Origin: a virus
Lineage: Duplodnaviria > Caudoviricetes
Virus record (IMG/VR): IMGVR_UViG_3300036982_000017
Span: 1 to 28,256 of that record
DNA length: 28,256 nt
Reading direction: 5' to 3' (one strand)
The position numbers were made by a program, and so were the translations under genes. Positions 26,284 through 28,256 of the stretch are shown here, piece by piece (position 1 is the stretch's first letter; the number at the start of each line of letters is the position of its first letter). The notes under the pieces were generated by a model, which had not been told where the DNA came from, searched no databases, and saw nothing but the letters and a program-made list of their open reading frames with translations.

Positions 26284-26348
26284 CGCAAAATTATTTTTGC
26301 GATATGCGTGTTTTCCCTATTGTATCTTTTTCAAAAGACGTTTATCAC
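26284..26348 (+). promoter_or_regulatory. Early promoter (-35 TTGTAT, 17 bp, -10 TATCAC) with two palindromic operators
   Basis: TTGTAT 26320-26325 and TATCAC 26343-26348; inverted repeats CGCAAAA-TTAT-TTTTGCG (26284-26301) and TCTTTT-TC-AAAAGA (26325-26338); locally AT-rich. Confidence 0.55.
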
Positions 26349-26391
26349 TGATTCACGGTCTGGTTGACCGGCAAACAAGCGGGAGAAGAAA

Positions 26392-26790
26392 ATGCAAGTA
26401 ACGACAAAGCAAGTCCAGAACGACGTTCCAGTGTGGGATGTTTTGATTGATGGCGAAGTGTGCGGCTGCATCACGCAGTTCCCCGGCGAAGGCCCAATGG
26501 CCACGGTCAAGATCGGTTATTCTAAGCGGACGATGGCGGCTGCTACTGTCCATTCCCTGATCAACGAGATTGGTTTGTATGTACGCGAAATTGAAATGAT
26601 CCGGCGGCGGGTAGATATTGACGGATTTGATGAGTACGCAGCCGAGCGCAAGATGGCGATTGGCGACCAAGAGCGCGTGTACGATGAGAGCGATTACTTC
26701 AACGAGGAGGAGGAGTATTGCAAACATCACGAGGCGATGTACTGGAAAGCAGACGCTCTCGGGTACAACGATGAGAACGAGGCATACTAA
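26392..26790 (+). CDS. Hypothetical early protein, acidic C-terminus
   Basis: 132 aa; conserved leader; DESDYFNEEEEY. Confidence 0.75.
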   Translation: MQVTTKQVQNDVPVWDVLIDGEVCGCITQFPGEGPMATVKIGYSKRTMAAATVHSLINEIGLYVREIEMIRRRVDIDGFDEYAAERKMAIGDQERVYDESDYFNEEEEYCKHHEAMYWKADALGYNDENEAY

Positions 26791-26836
26791 TTAACACGGG
26801 GAGCTGCGGCTCCCCACCAACCAACGGGAGAAGAAA

Positions 26837-27040
26837 ATGATCAAAATCGTAAAAACACAGCCAAGAGATTGGCACCCAACATTTGGTTATACACGCGCAC
26901 AATACGGCGTAACAGGACGGCCAGATATTCGCATTGTCAACGATTCACAGGGATGGCGGTGCTACGGTATCGGCCTCGGGTTAATTGTTGAAAGCCGAAA
27001 AGAACTTGAACACCAAATCTCAAAATCATTGCAATCTTAA
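26837..27040 (+). CDS. Hypothetical early protein (67 aa)
   Basis: Conserved leader; AT-richer sequence. Confidence 0.7.
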   Translation: MIKIVKTQPRDWHPTFGYTRAQYGVTGRPDIRIVNDSQGWRCYGIGLGLIVESRKELEHQISKSLQS

Positions 27041-27060
27041 AACGTAAGGATCGGAAGAAA

Positions 27061-27159
27061 ATGAAACTCATCACATTCATCATCGAGGGCATCGGCTTCG
27101 CGCTATTCATGGCCGCAGTGTGCGGCTCCGTGATTGTTCTTGACGCAATCACAAACTGA
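27061..27159 (+). CDS. 32-aa single-TM peptide
   Basis: Not in ORF track: MKLITFIIEGIGFALFMAAVCGSVIVLDAITN*. Leader AAGGATCGGAAGAAAATG; stop is 2 nt before the next leader repeat. Confidence 0.7.
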   Translation: MKLITFIIEGIGFALFMAAVCGSVIVLDAITN

Positions 27160-27173
27160 AACGGGAGAAGAAA

Positions 27174-27452
27174 ATGTTTTATGTCACGCCAATAGAAGAA
27201 GACACGTTCAAAGCGATTATCGAACACCACGCAGTATACAATGCTGTCTTTTGCTCCTCAACATTTCTGGAGGCGCAAGATTATGCGTTGGCGCTGAAAA
27301 AAAGCACGGGATTGAATTACACTGTCTCTGAATTAATTTTCAATATTTGGTCCAGTCAAACGATTGATGAAGCGAGGAAGAGAGAAGAAATTAAGATGGG
27401 AATAAGGTTGATCTGTGCAGACGGAGAGACACGATTAAAGGATGTGAGATAA
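27174..27452 (+). CDS. Hypothetical early protein (92 aa)
   Basis: Conserved leader; AT-rich. Confidence 0.7.
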   Translation: MFYVTPIEEDTFKAIIEHHAVYNAVFCSSTFLEAQDYALALKKSTGLNYTVSELIFNIWSSQTIDEARKREEIKMGIRLICADGETRLKDVR

Positions 27453-27494
27453 CAGCAACTGGGCTTCGGCTCTATCAACAAACGGGAAACGAAA

Positions 27495-27899
27495 ATGAAC
27501 AACTCACCACTGGAAGCCGTATTCCACGCATACCGAAAGGCGGGGTCGGTCGAGGCTCTCGCAAAGGAGCTAGACGTGTCGGAGCAGTCCGTCGACAACT
27601 GGCTGAACATGAGGACGCGACCGCAGCGCGGCACCCTTGAGAGCATCATCGACTTAGCCACGCGCAAGTCGTCGTCTCTTCTAGAGGAAGACGTCGTGAT
27701 CACGCGCATGATGACGTCGGAATCGTCATCGGTCTACGGCTACGCGATGAACGATATGGGTGAGAGCGTGTTCCTGCCGCCGCATATCGTCACCGATCTG
27801 CATGAGAAGGGCTACGTCGAGGGCGACGTGTTCACGGCTCGCTTCAAGCCGCAGGACCACTCGAGCGCACCCTACTACTGCGTGAAGGTGATCCGATGA
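27495..27899 (+). CDS. Cro/XRE-like HTH protein with C-terminal OB-fold/cold-shock-like domain
   Basis: GSVEALAKELDVSEQSVDNWL..RTRP (HTH); YGYA..DMGESVFLP....EGDVFTARF (CSD/OB-like pattern). Confidence 0.65.
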   Translation: MNNSPLEAVFHAYRKAGSVEALAKELDVSEQSVDNWLNMRTRPQRGTLESIIDLATRKSSSLLEEDVVITRMMTSESSSVYGYAMNDMGESVFLPPHIVTDLHEKGYVEGDVFTARFKPQDHSSAPYYCVKVIR

Positions 27900-28256
27900 G
27901 CATGGTGATGGAGGAGATGGTTGACCACTACAAGGGCGTGCGTCAGCGGATGGCCGACGCAGCCAACCGGCACAGGCTGGACAAGATCGCTGAAGCCAAG
28001 GCGAAGGTAGAGGCGGACGCTCGGGCTGCGGCTGAGTTGGCCGAGCGCAACAAGCACATCACGAAGCAGCAGATCGAGAGAGTGAAGCGGCAGTGGGAGG
28101 AGCAGATCGCCATCACGAAGCAGCAGCTCGCGCTCCGAAAGCGAGACTGGGTCAAGATCACGAATGAGATCATCGACGCCAGAGAGATATCGTGGCGCGA
28201 TTTGGTGTCACCGGATCGTAGCTACAGGCTCGTCGCTGCGCGGCAGCACGTCTGGT
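27896..28256 (+). CDS. Partial protein with DnaA C-terminal-domain-like HTH (runs off window)
   Basis: Open frame from ATG 27896: MSMVMEEMVDHYKGVRQRM...coiled coil...ISWRDLVSPDRSYRLVAARQHVW, matching the DnaA domain IV start (dl.s..R...v.aRq). Confidence 0.6.
   Translation, partial: MSMVMEEMVDHYKGVRQRMADAANRHRLDKIAEAKAKVEADARAAAELAERNKHITKQQIERVKRQWEEQIAITKQQLALRKRDWVKITNEIIDAREISWRDLVSPDRSYRLVAARQHVW

Larger units (their letters stand above)
26380..27497 (+). repeat. Dispersed 15-nt leader repeat CGGGAGAAGAAAATG at starts of early genes
   Basis: Exact at 26380-26394, 26825-26839, 27162-27176; variants CGGAAGAAAATG 27052-27063 and CGGGAAACGAAAATG 27483-27497. Confidence 0.9.

Noticed and set aside
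26072-26401. 109-aa + ORF spanning the late/early junction
   Set aside because: Runs through a strong terminator and promoter, has no RBS, and looks like spurious sequence.
26380-27497. Leader repeats as a CRISPR array or integron attC sites
   Set aside because: Only 15 nt, non-palindromic, irregularly spaced by whole genes, and they include RBS+ATG; no cas or integron integrase in the window.
214-28173. Numerous minus-strand ORFs (e.g. 1558-2229, 22950-23852, 23999-24535)
   Set aside because: All are antisense to well-supported, coupled + strand genes, with no recognisable motifs.

Overview
This window is a contiguous piece of a GC-rich tailed dsDNA phage genome (podovirus-like, with a P22/SU10-type portal, capsid and adaptor, and ejection proteins instead of a tape measure). 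The host is plausibly an alphaproteobacterium (inference). All credible genes are on the + strand. Order: 3' end of a probable small terminase; a small serine resolvase/invertase with res-like and phased repeats on both sides; HNH endonuclease; large terminase; an accessory block (HiPIP-like Cys protein, three very basic small proteins, glycosyltransferase-like protein, SAM methyltransferase); portal; an AT-richer inserted 542-aa protein with HhH-GPD glycosylase-like motifs; scaffold; major capsid; adaptor; tail fibre and chaperone; a multi-gene lysis block with GH108 endolysin; tail tube B/nozzle; and five internal/ejection proteins. After these comes a candidate ~80-nt small RNA/terminator carrying two anti-Shine-Dalgarno motifs. 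An early-gene array follows, whose genes share the leader CGGGAGAAGAAAATG, ending in an HTH+OB-fold regulator and a DnaA-C-like protein. The most interesting unexplained signals are (i) the candidate sRNA, whose loop and linker are complementary to two sets of the phage's own RBSs, together with the leader-repeat array and its acr/aca-like layout, (ii) the resolvase cassette between terS and terL, and (iii) the glycosylase-like protein in the head module. Family assignments come from motif recognition by eye; no searches were run.
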